A stretch of DNA of 64,000 nucleotides, from assembly GCA_973895155.1 (NCBI GenBank), contig OZ316894.1:12130828-12194827 (forward strand), read 5' to 3'. A model generated the notes under the pieces. That model saw only the letters and a list, made by a program, of their open reading frames with translations, did not search any database and was not told the origin of the DNA. This document shows, one piece after another, positions 1-12,690 of this stretch. The DNA is from Marsupella aquatica (Eukaryota; Plantae; Marchantiophyta). Every line of letters begins with the position of its first letter. Positions within the stretch are counted from its first letter, which is position 1. A program made the translations under genes and the position numbers.

Positions 1-351
1 AAACTACCGTCGCACGAAAATTTGGGCCGAAGGTGAAGCATCAGATTTTGGCATCCCAGCATAATTACTCGTTCCGGTGGTTCAGGAAGGATTCTATATA
101 TGCTCTCTCCACTAATTCCACCTCAGACGGGCTCGATCGATACAAAGCTTTTATGTATCGTTGACGAACTCTAGCTTACAGTGTGCAAACATCTAACTAG
201 CTCGAAAGGCAACCGACGAGAGACGTTCGGCCCTTGAGCATCGGACACGGGTCTACAATCGGACAGGGTCGATCTCAAACTCCGTCCCGAACTCCGTTCA
301 TGTTAGTGCTCACATTTGAATGACTAATTTAAGGAAAGAATGCTCGTAGGA

Positions 352-2285
352 CCGATCTGAAGGGAATTCTTTCACAGATGTTCCTCAGGGAAAGCCTTCT
401 TTCCCATGCAGTCAGTCACCGGAGCAGCCCTTCTGCGAAACAGAAGATACCTACCCTGGATGTCAAACTTTCGGTAGTTCTGTCCCACTGCACAACAGTC
501 TTCACATCCAAAATAATTGCATCAGTTACTCTGGCCACGGACGACAAATGCAAGTAAGAAGAAATACACTGGATAAATGAAAATAGACTTAGTCCAGAAT
601 GACCACTCCGATGAAGATTATGTACTCTGAGCTAAAACTAGAAACTGGCCTGACGGCTACAGATGTTACTCAAAGTTGAAGAGACACATAAGGAACGAAT
701 CTCAAACTGGGAAAGAGCTTTCTGCTCGTAGCCAACGAATGCTACTTTCTTGATTGTAGCCAACTGCACATTCCAAATTCTCTTTCCATTGTATCTCAAG
801 AAAGTAAATGCCGATCTGTCCATTCATTTCTTTAGATACAAAAGAAAGTGAGACCCCAAGCTTCCATTTCGGCTTCCCATTTCTTTATGTCCATTGAAAG
901 TGAATTTGAACGCGTCATTAGTACTCTGTAACTGTAGCCAATGAACTGGGGACATACCAGGATGGCGCAGCTATTATGAAATATTGATACTTGAACTTCA
1001 TAATTCGGTATTAGGAAGAAGGCATTAGTTGGCCACCACTCACGACAGAATGTTTTTCTAATTCAAGCTAGAGATGATGATTCCTTCAGTGAGCCTCTTC
1101 AACCCTGAGCACATAGGCTATCCACAAAATTTTTAGGCATCCTTTGCATGATCAGAAACTCTGGCTCCGTCGGAGTTTGTGCTCGCGAGTGGTCATTCTG
1201 TACTTCCTCTAACGGATCTCACATGTCTCCTCATGAATCCATGTCTTGTTTTGTTTCATTCGTGTCCCTCGTCATTTTATATGTTGAAGGATTTCTGTAA
1301 TGACCATAAATATGGTCCCATATCTGTGCAGCCTTCTGGATAGTGTTGCATGATCTGCTCGATTTTAGGTCTAGTGGTGGAAGGAAACTCAATCAGAACG
1401 AGTGCAAAGAAATGTTATTCATGCAGTCTTGTAGACACCAAGCGAGGTTTTGTTCTCGTATGCTTGCATTTGAAAAATTCTGTGTTGGGTTCAAGAAAGC
1501 TTGGTTTACTTTTTGGATTCTTGGTCAGCCTGTTGAGATATTTGGGTGACTCGATCATGAGTCTCCATCAATTAGATTGACTTCTTGGACGGGCAGCTTG
1601 AGAAATTCATGGAAGGGTGGGTTCCGTAGGACCACCACTATTTTGCTTTGACCATGCTTTTTGTCAGTGAATTTGAGTTACAGTATAGCATGTTAAAGCT
1701 CAAGTGATTTGACATAGACCTCTAGTTATGGGTGCTAGTGCGCTTATGCAAAGGCTTGCCCCTTTAGAGTAGATCTCCCACTTTATAGATTAGGTTTTGA
1801 CATTAGACTTGGAGCATTAGCTCATCACACTCTAGTATTAAATATGAACTATTGGAGTGGTAGCTCCTTTTCCTTTTTGTTAACTTTTTATTTCCAGGAT
1901 CTGCTTTTCCGCTTCTTTCTCTCTCTTGCTTTCCCTCTCTGAACTTTCTTTAACACTTTTCCGTAAATTATATAAGATTGTAAGCTTTTACTCGTTTGAT
2001 TTCCTCACTGTAATTTGTTAGTCTGGCCCTCTTCTGTAACTTATGAAGGATTGTTAGCTTTCCCTCTTTTCATCTCCCTCATTCTACTTTGTTAGGCACT
2101 TTTTCTTTAGAATATAAAGTATTATAAATGGAGGTCTGCAGTTCAGTGGGACAGGAACTACCGACAGTTTGAAATTCAGGGTAAGTAACTTCTCCTTCTT
2201 GGAAAGGCTCTTCATGTGACTGATTGCACGGCAAAGAAGGTTTTCCAACTGGACGACATGTGAAAGAATTCTACTTTCAGATCGG
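352..2285. repeat. Long diverged inverted repeat (arms ~352-490 and ~2144-2285; weaker similarity out to ~190 and ~2415); possible old long-TIR DNA transposon or inverted duplication
   Basis: Reverse complement of the left arm (CAGTGGGACAGAACTACCGAAAGTTTGACATCCAGGGTAGG...TGTGAAAGAATTCCCTTCAGATCGG) aligns with 2144-2285 (CAGTGGGACAGGAACTACCGACAGTTTGAAATTCAGGGTAAG...TGTGAAAGAATTCTACTTTCAGATCGG). No TSD or transposase seen. Confidence 0.7.
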
Positions 2286-3716
2286 ACGTAATGTATCTAT
2301 ACGTCGAACTGAACTTACCGAACTTTAAGGCAGCCTTGTGGAATGAATTTGACCAGTGTACGAGGCACTCTAACAAGAACCACGGGTCGAAGTCTCACGT
2401 TGCCTCGCGAGCTAGCAAAGGTTCTAAACGATCCATGAAAATCGCGATCACAAAATCAAAATTAACATCAATTTTACGTCCGATCTACGAATGAGTAGAG
2501 TAGCTTAGGAGAAACTTGACAAGACCGCCAAATCCCAAATGCCAACATTTGTATACAGGCTATGTGTTTAAAATCATCAAACTTAAATAACTGCGTCCGA
2601 TGCTACGAGAGAGAGTGTTGGAAGAAAATCACGTCCATCACACGGTAATGTACGTACATTTCTCCAATGGATCTGAGAAGTCGATCCATCAGAGCATTTT
2701 GATGCCAATATGCGTATCCAGGCGAACTCGTCCAATTGTTGGGAGAAGATTCGCTCCAGCAAACGAATTATTGCCCGAATTTTGCCCGCAAGACTCGATG
2801 CATGCCGCTTTTCTCAAAAGTATTTTTACCTGTACGTGACAGTATGACCGTTTCTAAGTAAACTGTTGCGCGGGATACAAAAGTCGTGGTTCCGAGGGCA
2901 CACCTTCATGGCAGGTTTACGAGTACTCTAGTAGTAGGAAGGCCTTTAAGCGATACACAGTGGGGAAAGTTGTCAAAGCAGAAAAATCCTTAATTAGTTA
3001 TCAGGAGCATTTAATTTAGGGTCCAGGACTTTAACAGGCAACCTGCCACTTCGACGTCAGCAACCACTTCCCACAACAAATCTATTCATCCTACCAGCTC
3101 CACGACAGACCTGACCCGCAAAGATGAGGTCTCGATGGAGTAGCACTATGAAACCTGAAGATGTGAGGGGGTCCTCTGATCGAGCTCATCGAGCAATATG
3201 ACCCGGAACGTACAGGACTCCCGGACCCCTCCATGCGGAAAGCAATTATTCATTATGACCCCCAGAGTCAACACGGAGTCACATTACTGTTTCCCTGTCT
3301 GTCAGCAAGAAGTCTCTGAACAAACTTTGAGAGCAATCAGTGTGCATGTGGACAAAGGCTAACACCAGATCAAGAAATCGTGACAATTGAGCATCCAATT
3401 CTCCGACCGGCTCATTTGTCCGACCGAACTGCACCACCCATTCAATCTTGAACTCTCAATCGAAATTAGTGTGCCCATTGAGAATGCCCACCACTGACTC
3501 CCGGAGAAGATCTTCATTAGCAGAACTCAAAATCTGAATCGCTGATGTAGTGCTCAATTATGCCCAGAACGACGAAGTTTTTATTGAATTGATTGATTAA
3601 TTCAAAATCTACTGAGGCCCTCCTTCGCTTCGTGCGGGAATTGCCAATCTCTAGACCAATCTTAAGAATGAATAACAGTTCTCAACAAAAGAGTAAGTTA
3701 ACCTCCCACCATACGA

Positions 3717-5116
3717 TCAACCAAACAGGTTGTTGCACTTATCAGGATAGGCTTGTTGCAATTTCACTTTCGGGCCGAACTTGGAAAAGTCGAGGTTGCA
3801 GAGGGCAGTATAATTGACGGGATTGTCGGTGTACTTGCCACTCAAAGCAAACATCGAAATCGTCCGGTAGAACTGCTCAGTGAAATGAATAGCTGAAAAT
3901 CACATGAAAATACAAGATTTCAGAATGCACAGGGTATCATTGCATTTCTTGAGAACGGAAGTACTGTAGATGACTTCTTGAAGCATACAGCACCGACTTT
4001 TCCCGCTGAAAATGAAAACGAAATGAGAAGACAAGGTCTCGTACCATCCCAGATGACGTATTCGTTCGGGTTGGAGCAGACGTTGGAGCCGTTTTGTGGG
4101 TGGCCGCATGTGAGAGCTGGATTGTAATTCAACGATCCTACTCCAGGAGCTCCGCAGCATGCTGTGAGCGTCAAGTTGGGGTTGAATCCGTAGGTCGTAG
4201 GGTTCTTGAGGATTTCCAGGTTGGCACTGTAATAGTCGAATAGAGAGATGGACGCATCTGGTAGTGCTTTGCGCAAAGCTTGAATTGTACGATTCAGTCC
4301 AGCGTTGAAACTCGAGGCCAACTGGTTAATGGCAGTTATGCAGCCCAAGTTGTCTTTCGGTAAATTGGAGTTTCTCTGTATGGTGAGGACGACGGTGGCA
4401 CAGCCAAGTGCTGGGAGGTTAAAAAGAAGGAATTTCCTCGCCGATTGTGCGTAGAGGGTCTGGATTGCGGCGGACACATTTCCCAGAGCTGGAGGTATAG
4501 CAGTCTTCACAATCGATTCCACTGAGTAATTATGTAGGAGTCCATTGAGCACATCATTACCTCCCGCTGTGATGGTGTAAAGCCAGCCCGGATACGGATC
4601 TCCTACGGGCAAGTCGCGAATGAAATTTCCGCAAGGCTTCCCCTCCAGTTCCGTGTTCGACGCTGCGGTTTTGAACCTGATGAAGTTGGCTACCTGGAAT
4701 GGATTCACTGAGTATGGTACACCGGCAATTGGCGACGGAGCAGCGGTTGCTCCAGCCACGGCCAAGTTGATTCCGTATTTGTAATTGAACGAAGTAGTGG
4801 CGAAGTAGCCGTCCAAAAGAGGCTTGCGGAACGCCAGGGAGAAAAAGTCGGGCACGAGACGTCCATTCGAGAAGCGTTTGGCCGGCTTGCCAAAGAAGGT
4901 CTCTCCGTATGGACTGGATTCTGCATGGGAAGTGTAAGGGGACGCATTGAGTGCGTTGCCGGTGTCTGTCAGCGAGTCTCCAAAGTTTGCGAATCCCGTC
5001 GGACACTTGCTGTCGAGCTTGGCTGCAGCTCTGATGGGCAGCGCTGCCCCGAGGATGAGAACCACCACCACCACAGCAGTGAACCTCGTCTGAGGCTCCG
5101 GTCCAGCCATCGCCAT
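3717..5116 (-). CDS. GDSL esterase/lipase (SGNH hydrolase), copy 1; exons 5116(or 5110)-4045 and 3892-3717
   Basis: Signal peptide; block I FGDSLTDTGN; RFSNGRLVPDF; block II NLAVAGA; block III GGND; CCG. Splicing the GT-AG intron 4044-3893 gives block V WDAIHFTE (catalytic DxxH). TGA at 3719-3717. Confidence 0.93.
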
Positions 5117-6306
5117 GCCCTGCCCTGCCCAGCGCGATGGCAATCTCTCTGTTGCTGAATTACCGATTGTAAAATGGTTTGCGGGGGCACAACGAACCTG
5201 TCACCGAGGACAAAGAGGGAAATAGAAAATAACCAATCTAAACTCCATAATATACAATCGTTCCTTTTTCGCTTTTGCTTACCCGAATGCACTTTTGTAG
5301 TGAACTGCTTATGATTGTGGTAGTGAGCTCCTTATGATTGTGGTATTCGATCCTTACATTTTCCCAGCCATGAGATCTGATGAAAAGCCAAATAAAGAAC
5401 TGGTTTCTCGGCACCAAAGTACCCCCTAACAATTTGGATGTTCGTTTTAATAAGTTGCACCACTGCCTGCCTTTCCGCAATTTTTTTCTCAAAAGTCGTT
5501 GGGTCCATGTTTGCAGTAATGCACTTATCCAAAGCCACTTTGAAAGTGAGCACGACTCGTCAAAAGGAAAGCTATAGTTATTCTTTTAACAGGAAAGATC
5601 CTGGTCAGAGGGAATTGTGACCGGTACGAGACCTGACCGCTATGTCTTGGGCTGGAAGGGTCCTCTGATCCAGCTCATCGAGAGATCTGACCCTGACCCG
5701 CAACGGAACAGGACTCCAGGAGGACCAGGACCCCTCCATGCACTATTAAGCATGACCTCAGCATCAACACGGAGTTACTGTAGTGAGTGCTTCCCCTGTC
5801 TGTCAGTCGGAAATTGTCATAATAGGATATGATTTTATCATTATTTTAACATCAAGGCTCTGAGCGAATTGGAGAGCTATCAGTGTTTATGTGGAAACAG
5901 GCTAACAGCACTTGAAGAAAACGTGACAATTGAGCATCCAATTCCACGAAGAAACAAAAAATTAGTTTCCTTCTTCAGTCAATTCATCGACCCATCTGAA
6001 CCATCCATTCAATCTCGAATTCTCTATCAAAATTAACGATTCCATGGCCCATTGAGATCTCCAAGGCTAGGTCCGAGAGCAGATCTTCGTTGCAGAACTC
6101 ACAATTTGAATCGTCGAAGCAGCGCACAGTTTTGCACAGAACGACGAATTGATGATTGCATTGAATGATTAATTCAGGATCCACTGAGGCCCTGCTTCGC
6201 CTCGTGCGGGAATTGCCAGTCTCCAAATTAATCTTAAGAATTCACAGAAGTTCTCACAAAAGAGTAAGTTGAGCTCCTCCCAGCTGTGGACAATACCACA
6301 ATCCGA

Positions 6307-7692
6307 TCAACCAAACAGGTTGTTGCACTTATCAGGATAGGCTTGTTGCAATTTCACTTTCGGGCCGAACTTGGAAAAGTCGAGGTCGCAGAGGGTAGCA
6401 TAATCGACGGGATTGTCGGTGTACTTGCCACTCAAGGCAAACATCGAAATCGTCCGGTAGAACTGCTCGGTGAAATGAATAGCTGAAAATCACATGAAAA
6501 GACAGGTTTCAGAATGCGCAGGGTATCATCGTATTCACTGAGAATGGAACTACTGCAGATGACTTCTTAAAGAATACGACCCACAATATTCCCGCTGAAA
6601 ATCACATGAAAAGACAGGTTTCGTACCATCCCACATGACGTATTCGTCCGGGTTGGAGCAGACGTTGGAGCCGTTTTGTGGGTGGCCGCATGTGACAGCC
6701 GGGTTGTAATTCAACGATCCTACTCCAGGAGCTCCGCAGCATGCTGTGAGCGTCAAGTTGGGGTTGAATCCGTAGGTCGTAGGGTTCTTGAGGATTTCCA
6801 GGTTGGCACCGTAAAAGTCGAATAGTGAGATGGACGCTTTCGGTAAGGCTTTGCGCAAAGCCTGAATTGTGCGATTCAGTCCAGTATTGTATCCCGACGA
6901 CAACTTGTTAACGGCAGTAATGCAGCCCAAGCTGTCTTTCGGCGCTTTGGAATTCCGCTGTACGGTGAGGACGACGGTGGCACAGCCCTGTGCTGGAAGG
7001 TTAAAAAGAAGGAATTGCCTCGCCGATTGTGCGTAGAGAGTCTGGATTGCGGCGGACACATTTCTCAGAGCTGCAGGTATTGTTGTACTTATAATCGATT
7101 CCACTGAATAATTATGTACGAGTGCATTGAGCACATCATTACCTCCCGCTGTGATCGTGTAAAGCCAGCCCGGATACGGATCTCCCACGGGCAAATCGCG
7201 AATGAAATTTCGGCAAGGCTTTCCCTCCAGTTTTGTGTTTGACGCTGCGCTTTTGAACCTGATGAAGTTGGCTACCTGGAATGGATTCACTGAGTATGGT
7301 ACGCCGGCTATCGGCGACGGAGCAGCCGTTGCTGAAGCCACAGCCAAGTTGATTCCGTATTTATAATTGAACGAAGTAGTGGCGAAGTAGCCGTCCAGAA
7401 GAGGCTTGCGGAACGCCAGGGAGAAAAAGTCGGGCACGAGACGTCCATTCGAGTAGCGTTTGGCGGGCTTTCCGAAGAAAGTCTCCCCGTATGGAGAGAA
7501 TTCTGCATCGGCAGTGTAAGGGAACGCATTGAGTGCGTTGCCGGTGTCTGTCAGCGAGTCTCCAAAGTTTGCGAACCCCGTAGGACACCTGCTGTCGAGC
7601 TTGGCTGCAGCTCTGATGGGCAGCGCTGCCCCGAGGACGAGAACTACCACCACCACAGCAGTGAACCTCGTCTGAGACACTGATCCAGCCAT
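6307..7692 (-). CDS. GDSL esterase/lipase, copy 2; exons 7692-6627 and 6482-6307
   Basis: Paralog of copy 1: FGDSLTDTGN, GGND; intron 6626-6483 restores WDAIHFTE; same C-terminus ...DKCNNLFG*. Confidence 0.93.
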
Positions 7693-7827
7693 CGCGATGC
7701 GCTGCCCAATTCTATCTTTCTCTTGCTTAATGACCGACGATATAATGATTTGTGGGGCACAGCGAACCTGTCAGGAAGAACAAAGGGACACAATTATATG
7801 ATGTTTCAAATGTGTTGCTTGATTTCT

Positions 7828-7968
7828 GGCGACACGACGAATGCTTTGCTTAGTCACGAGGTGATTGTACATTAGGCGACACGACGAATTCTTTGCTTGG
7901 TCATGAGGTGATTTTTACATTAGCCGACGCGACAAATCCTGTGTTCCGTGACAAGGTGATTTTACATG
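7828..7968. repeat. 3 x ~47-bp tandem repeat upstream of GDSL copy 2
   Basis: Unit GGCGACACGACGAATGCTTTGCTTAGTCACGAGGTGATTGTACATTA, three diverged copies. Confidence 0.85.
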
Positions 7969-10900
7969 AGGATGCCGTCAAGGCCTTTCAGTTTTTTTCA
8001 ATTGCTTGCCACACGTAAGGGACTACCACAATGCGTTCCAAAGCAGAAGTTTACATAGTAAGGGTCACAAATGGATCGCAAACCCCTCCTGTACTCTTCT
8101 CTGAAGGATACTTATGAGCCACTGGGCACACTTCCACCGAAAGTTAAGAATAACTAGAGACACCTTACGTTAACGAGCATTAAGTATGCAAAAGTTAACT
8201 ATTCACAATTTGGTACCACCAGAACTTGTGTCTTAAAATTACTCCCCAGTCCCAAGATCAAACTTCCTCGCCGTTTTGACACACGGTGAAAAGTTTTGAA
8301 ATAATATATTGTCCATTCTGTGTTTACTGCCCATTAGCAGCCTCTCCTGCCAATCCGCCTTGTAGTACCCGTCCGAGAGATTGTGGCAGAAAGAGTTAAC
8401 TCATGGACTCTGACACTGAGAATAGCTTGTTTCCTTCCAATATGTTGGAGCTTTTAATTTCTCTGGAAACATCTGCAAGTGTTCTCAAGCTGTGTGCTTG
8501 CCTGCACTAGCTTTCTGCATTGTTGCAGCCCCCAAATAAGATTGACTTCGCTTTTATTATAGATCCTTCACGCAGGAATTGCCCTCATTCTCTCGACTAT
8601 ATTTCTCTCAAATCAGTCCGACATCTTCGTTTTAATTGTTTCTTTCGTTTGCAATGGAAATTTGCAAACGATCCTTCACCATCAACAGTGATCTGAAAAT
8701 TCCGTGTAAAGCAGCTTTTTGCATTAACTCCTCTGTAAGTTTGGTTATGTCGTGGACGAAATGGGTCTGCATGGACCTGAACGCAGTGCTTGGTCCAATG
8801 GTCCCTCATTTGTGTGTCTTTTGCCTTGGCTGGACTAGTCTTTCTAAAAATTCATTGCCTACTTTTTCTTTGAACCATGTCCAACCTGACACAAAAGGCT
8901 CCACAAAAAATCTAGTCGTTATGTTGAAGTTTTTCGAAGACCCACGTCATTGTCAGATCTAATGAAAGCTCGGTCCACTTTGGGGACAGTGTATGCCAGT
9001 GACAACTGCATTGTGGAAGGCCCCCACCCATTACTTTAGCCTGACGATTTTGCAGCAAATCACGGTGAGTTCTCAGAATGATGATAACATTAACAATTGA
9101 ATTGAGTTGCTTCTACATTGATTGTTTTTACTTTTAGAGACGAATAACGTGGAATAGAGAAAAGGGAGAGCCAGGACAACCTTGGAATCCTCTATAGCAT
9201 TGCAGAGAAGCTAGGAAGCCCTTCACAATTGGGTTTAGGAGAGTTTAGAAAGGCAGTTGTGAACTTGTTCACTTAAAATATATCTTCAGCCTGTTGGGTT
9301 GAGAATTCACAAAACAACCCTGTCTTGAAGAAAAGCAGGTGCACACGAATTTTTCGTGAATCGCATTATTCTGCTTTGGACACATCACCAGCTAGCTACA
9401 TATCTGCAATGGATCGATCGATGACAAATATATTGAATTGGTAGCTGTCCAGTGCCTCTAGACAAGAATCGAGACAACACACGTAGTTCAAATACACATA
9501 TAATCTGCGCACTAGTGCAAACATAAGCAATCATAAATTGGGGCGCAACGTTAAAATGTTGGGAAGAAGCTCGCATGCTGAAACAGGAACGGTGTTAAAC
9601 ATCTTCAGCTTTCAGGCCCGTGCCATGCAAGGATTCAGTTTTATGTCTGCCACGAGATGCTGACTTGGGATCAGGGCTACCTGACCTAGTTGTTGCCGCA
9701 GCTGTAGATTTCATATCATCGTGCATATATGTTGAGAATCCATAAAACTATTCATCTTACTACCAAACGGCAGCATGCACTACTGCTCGGGAGAGAGAAA
9801 TGAAATTGCTGGCGTCGCTTAATAGTGCTGATGAAGTTACTTAAGGTTGGTCAAGGTGGATCGATCCCAGCTTAATTGCAATTGTGGGTCACTGTCTTGG
9901 GTGTTTTGTGTAGCAAGAACTTTGACTAAATGCGGCAAGGGTGACTGGCAAAAAGAGTAAAAGGATGACTGGAATGGAGCGAACTAGAAATCTGCTGTCT
10001 AACATTGGAGGAATGGGGAAATTACTCCTTTAGCTCGACGATTCTCTCGATTTTCGGTTTTGTTTATCATCTTCCGAGACCCCAATTATTCCCCTCTTGC
10101 TACGGATTTGGGTGGATTGGAGCGGATTGGAGTGGATTAAAGAAGAAATAGGAGGAAGGAGAGTGATCGGCTGGAACCGCGAGAGCCTTATCGGTGAGAT
10201 TATAGAATTGCAGGTTCTGTTCCTCGACGGTATATAGATAGTACTCCAACCATAGCAATATGAAGTCCAACCCATATCTCTCCGCCCTCCAAAATTGTTT
10301 GTGTTAAAGTCTATACGCAAGAATTGAACTAATGTTTCTACTAGCTTCCATCTAATGTACTGGTGGCAAGTACATTGTTATCAAAACTGGTACTGCTAGC
10401 GTATTGCACTATGAGACCTGACTACTATGTTCTGGGCTGGAGAGGTCCTCTGATCGACCTCATCGAGAGACCTTACCCTCAAAGGAACACGACTCCTGTA
10501 CCCCTCCATGTCTTATTTACAGGGAGTTACTGTAGAGAGTGGTTCCCTGTCTGTCACTAAGGAAATGTTATTAACAGGATATGTTTCTATAATTTGACGT
10601 CAAGGCTCTGACCGAATTGGCGAGCTATCAGTGTGTATGTGGAAACAGGCTGATAGCACATGAAGAAAACGTGACAATTGCATCCAATTCCCCAAAGAAA
10701 TGAAAATTTTGGTGTCCTTCTTCAGTCAATTCATCGACCTATCTGCAACATCGAATTCTCTATCGAGTTTAGCAATTCCCCGGCCCATTTAGAATCTCCA
10801 CGTCCGAGAGTAGATCTTCGTTAGCAGGACTCGAAAACTAAATTGCTGATGCAGTGCACAGATATCCACAGAACGACGAATTGATGATTGCATTCAATGA

Positions 10901-11030
10901 TTAATGCAAAATCCACCGAGGCCCTACTTTGCCTCGTGCCAATCTCTACACCAATCTTATATCTTGACTACAATTCTCAACGAAAGAGTAAGTTGAGCTC
11001 CTCTCAGCTACATACAATAGCACAATCCAA

Positions 11031-12422
11031 TCAACCAAACAGGTTGTTACACTTATCAGGATAGGCTTGTTGCAATTTCACTTTCGGCCCGAACTTGGAA
11101 AAGTCGAGGTTGCAGAGGGCAGTATAATTAACGGGATTGTCGGTGTACTTGCCACTCAAAGCAAACATCGAAATCGTCCGGTAGACCTGCTCAGTGAAAT
11201 GTATAGCTGCAAATCCCATGCAAATACAGGATTTCAGAATGCGCAGGGTATTATCGGTTCTCAAACGGAAGTACTGTAGATGACTTCTTGAAGAACACTA
11301 CACCGACTATTCCTCCTGAAAATTAAAATGAAATGAAATGAGAAGAAAAGGTCTCGTACCATCCCAGATAACGTATTCGTCCGGGTTAGAGCAGACGTTG
11401 GAGCCGTTTTGTGGGTGGCCGCATGTGACAGCCGGATTGTAATTCAACGATCCTACTCCAGGAGCTCCGCAGCATGCTGTGAGCGTCAAGTTGGGGTTGA
11501 ATCCGTAGGTCGTAGGGTTCTTGAGGATTTCCAGGTGCACAGCGTAAACGTCGAATAGCGAGATGGACGCATCTGGTAGTGCTTTGCGCAAAGCCTGAAT
11601 GGTGCGATTCAGTCCAGCGTTGTATCCCGAGGACAACTTGTTCACGGCAGTAATGCAGCCCAAGCTGTCTTTCGGCTCCTTGGAATTCCGGTCGACGGTG
11701 AGGACGACGGTGGCACAGCCCTGTGCTGGAATGTTGAAAAGCAGGAATTTCCTCGCCGATTGTGCGTAGAGAGTCTGGATTGCGGCGGACACATTTCCCA
11801 GAGCTGCAGGTATTGTTGTATTTATGATCGATTCGACTGAATCATTATGTTCGAGTGCATTGAGCACATCATTAAATCCCGCTGTGATCGTGTAAAGCCA
11901 GCCCGGATACGGATCTCCCACGGGCAAGTCGCGAATGAAATTTCGGCAAGGCTTCCCCTCCAGTTCCGTGTTCGACGCTGCGGTTTTAAACCTGATGAAG
12001 TTGGCTACCTGGAATGGATTCACTGAGTACGGTACGCGGGCTATCGGCGACGGAGCAGCAGTTGCTGCAGCCACGGCCAAGTTGATTCCGTATTTGTAAT
12101 TGAACGCAGTAGTTGCGAAATAGCCGTCCAGAAGAGGCTTGCGGAAGGCCAGGGAGAAAAAGTCAGGCACTAGACGTCCATTGGAGAAGCGTCTGGCCGG
12201 CTTTCCGAAGAAAGTCTGTCCGTATGGACTGAATTCTGCATCAAAAATGTAAGGAAACGCATTGAGTGCGTTGCCGGTATCTGTAATTGAGTCTCCAAAG
12301 TTTGCGAATCCCGTAGGACACCTGCTGTCGAGCTTGGCTCCAACTGTAATGGACATCGCTGCCCCAAGGAGGAGAACCACCACCACCACAGCAGTGAAGC
12401 TCGTCTGAAAGGCTCCAGCCAT
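11031..12422 (-). CDS. GDSL esterase/lipase, copy 3; exons 12422-11360 and 11206-11031
   Basis: FGDSITDTGN, GFND; intron 11359-11207; exon 2 (AIHFTEQVYR...NNLFG*) appears in ORF 11031..11264. Confidence 0.92.
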
Positions 12423-12548
12423 CGCGATGTGCTGCCCAGTGCAATCTTTCTCTTGGCATAATGACATGTGGGGACATAATTATATGATGTTGCATATGAT
12501 GTTTCAAATAACAATCCTATGATGTTTCAAATGTGTTGCGTCATTCCT

Positions 12549-12690
12549 GGCGACACGACGGACTGCTTTGCCTGGGTCACGAGGTGATTGTGCATTAGGC
12601 GGCACGACGAATACTTTGCTTGGTCACGAGGTGATCTTAGATTAGGTGACGTGACAAATCCTGTGCTAAGTCACGAGGTGATTTTACAAG
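12549..12690. repeat. 3 x ~47-bp tandem repeat upstream of GDSL copy 3
   Basis: Same unit as 7828-7968 (GGCGACACGACG...GTCACGAGGTGAT...ATTA). Confidence 0.85.

Noticed and set aside
3920-4044. ORF-track C-termini of the GDSL genes (TRPCLLISF... and equivalents) suggesting the catalytic His is missing
   Set aside because: These are intron read-through; splicing restores WDAIHFTE.
7828-7968. 47-bp repeats as a CRISPR array
   Set aside because: Units are head-to-tail with no unique spacers, the context is eukaryotic and there are no cas genes.
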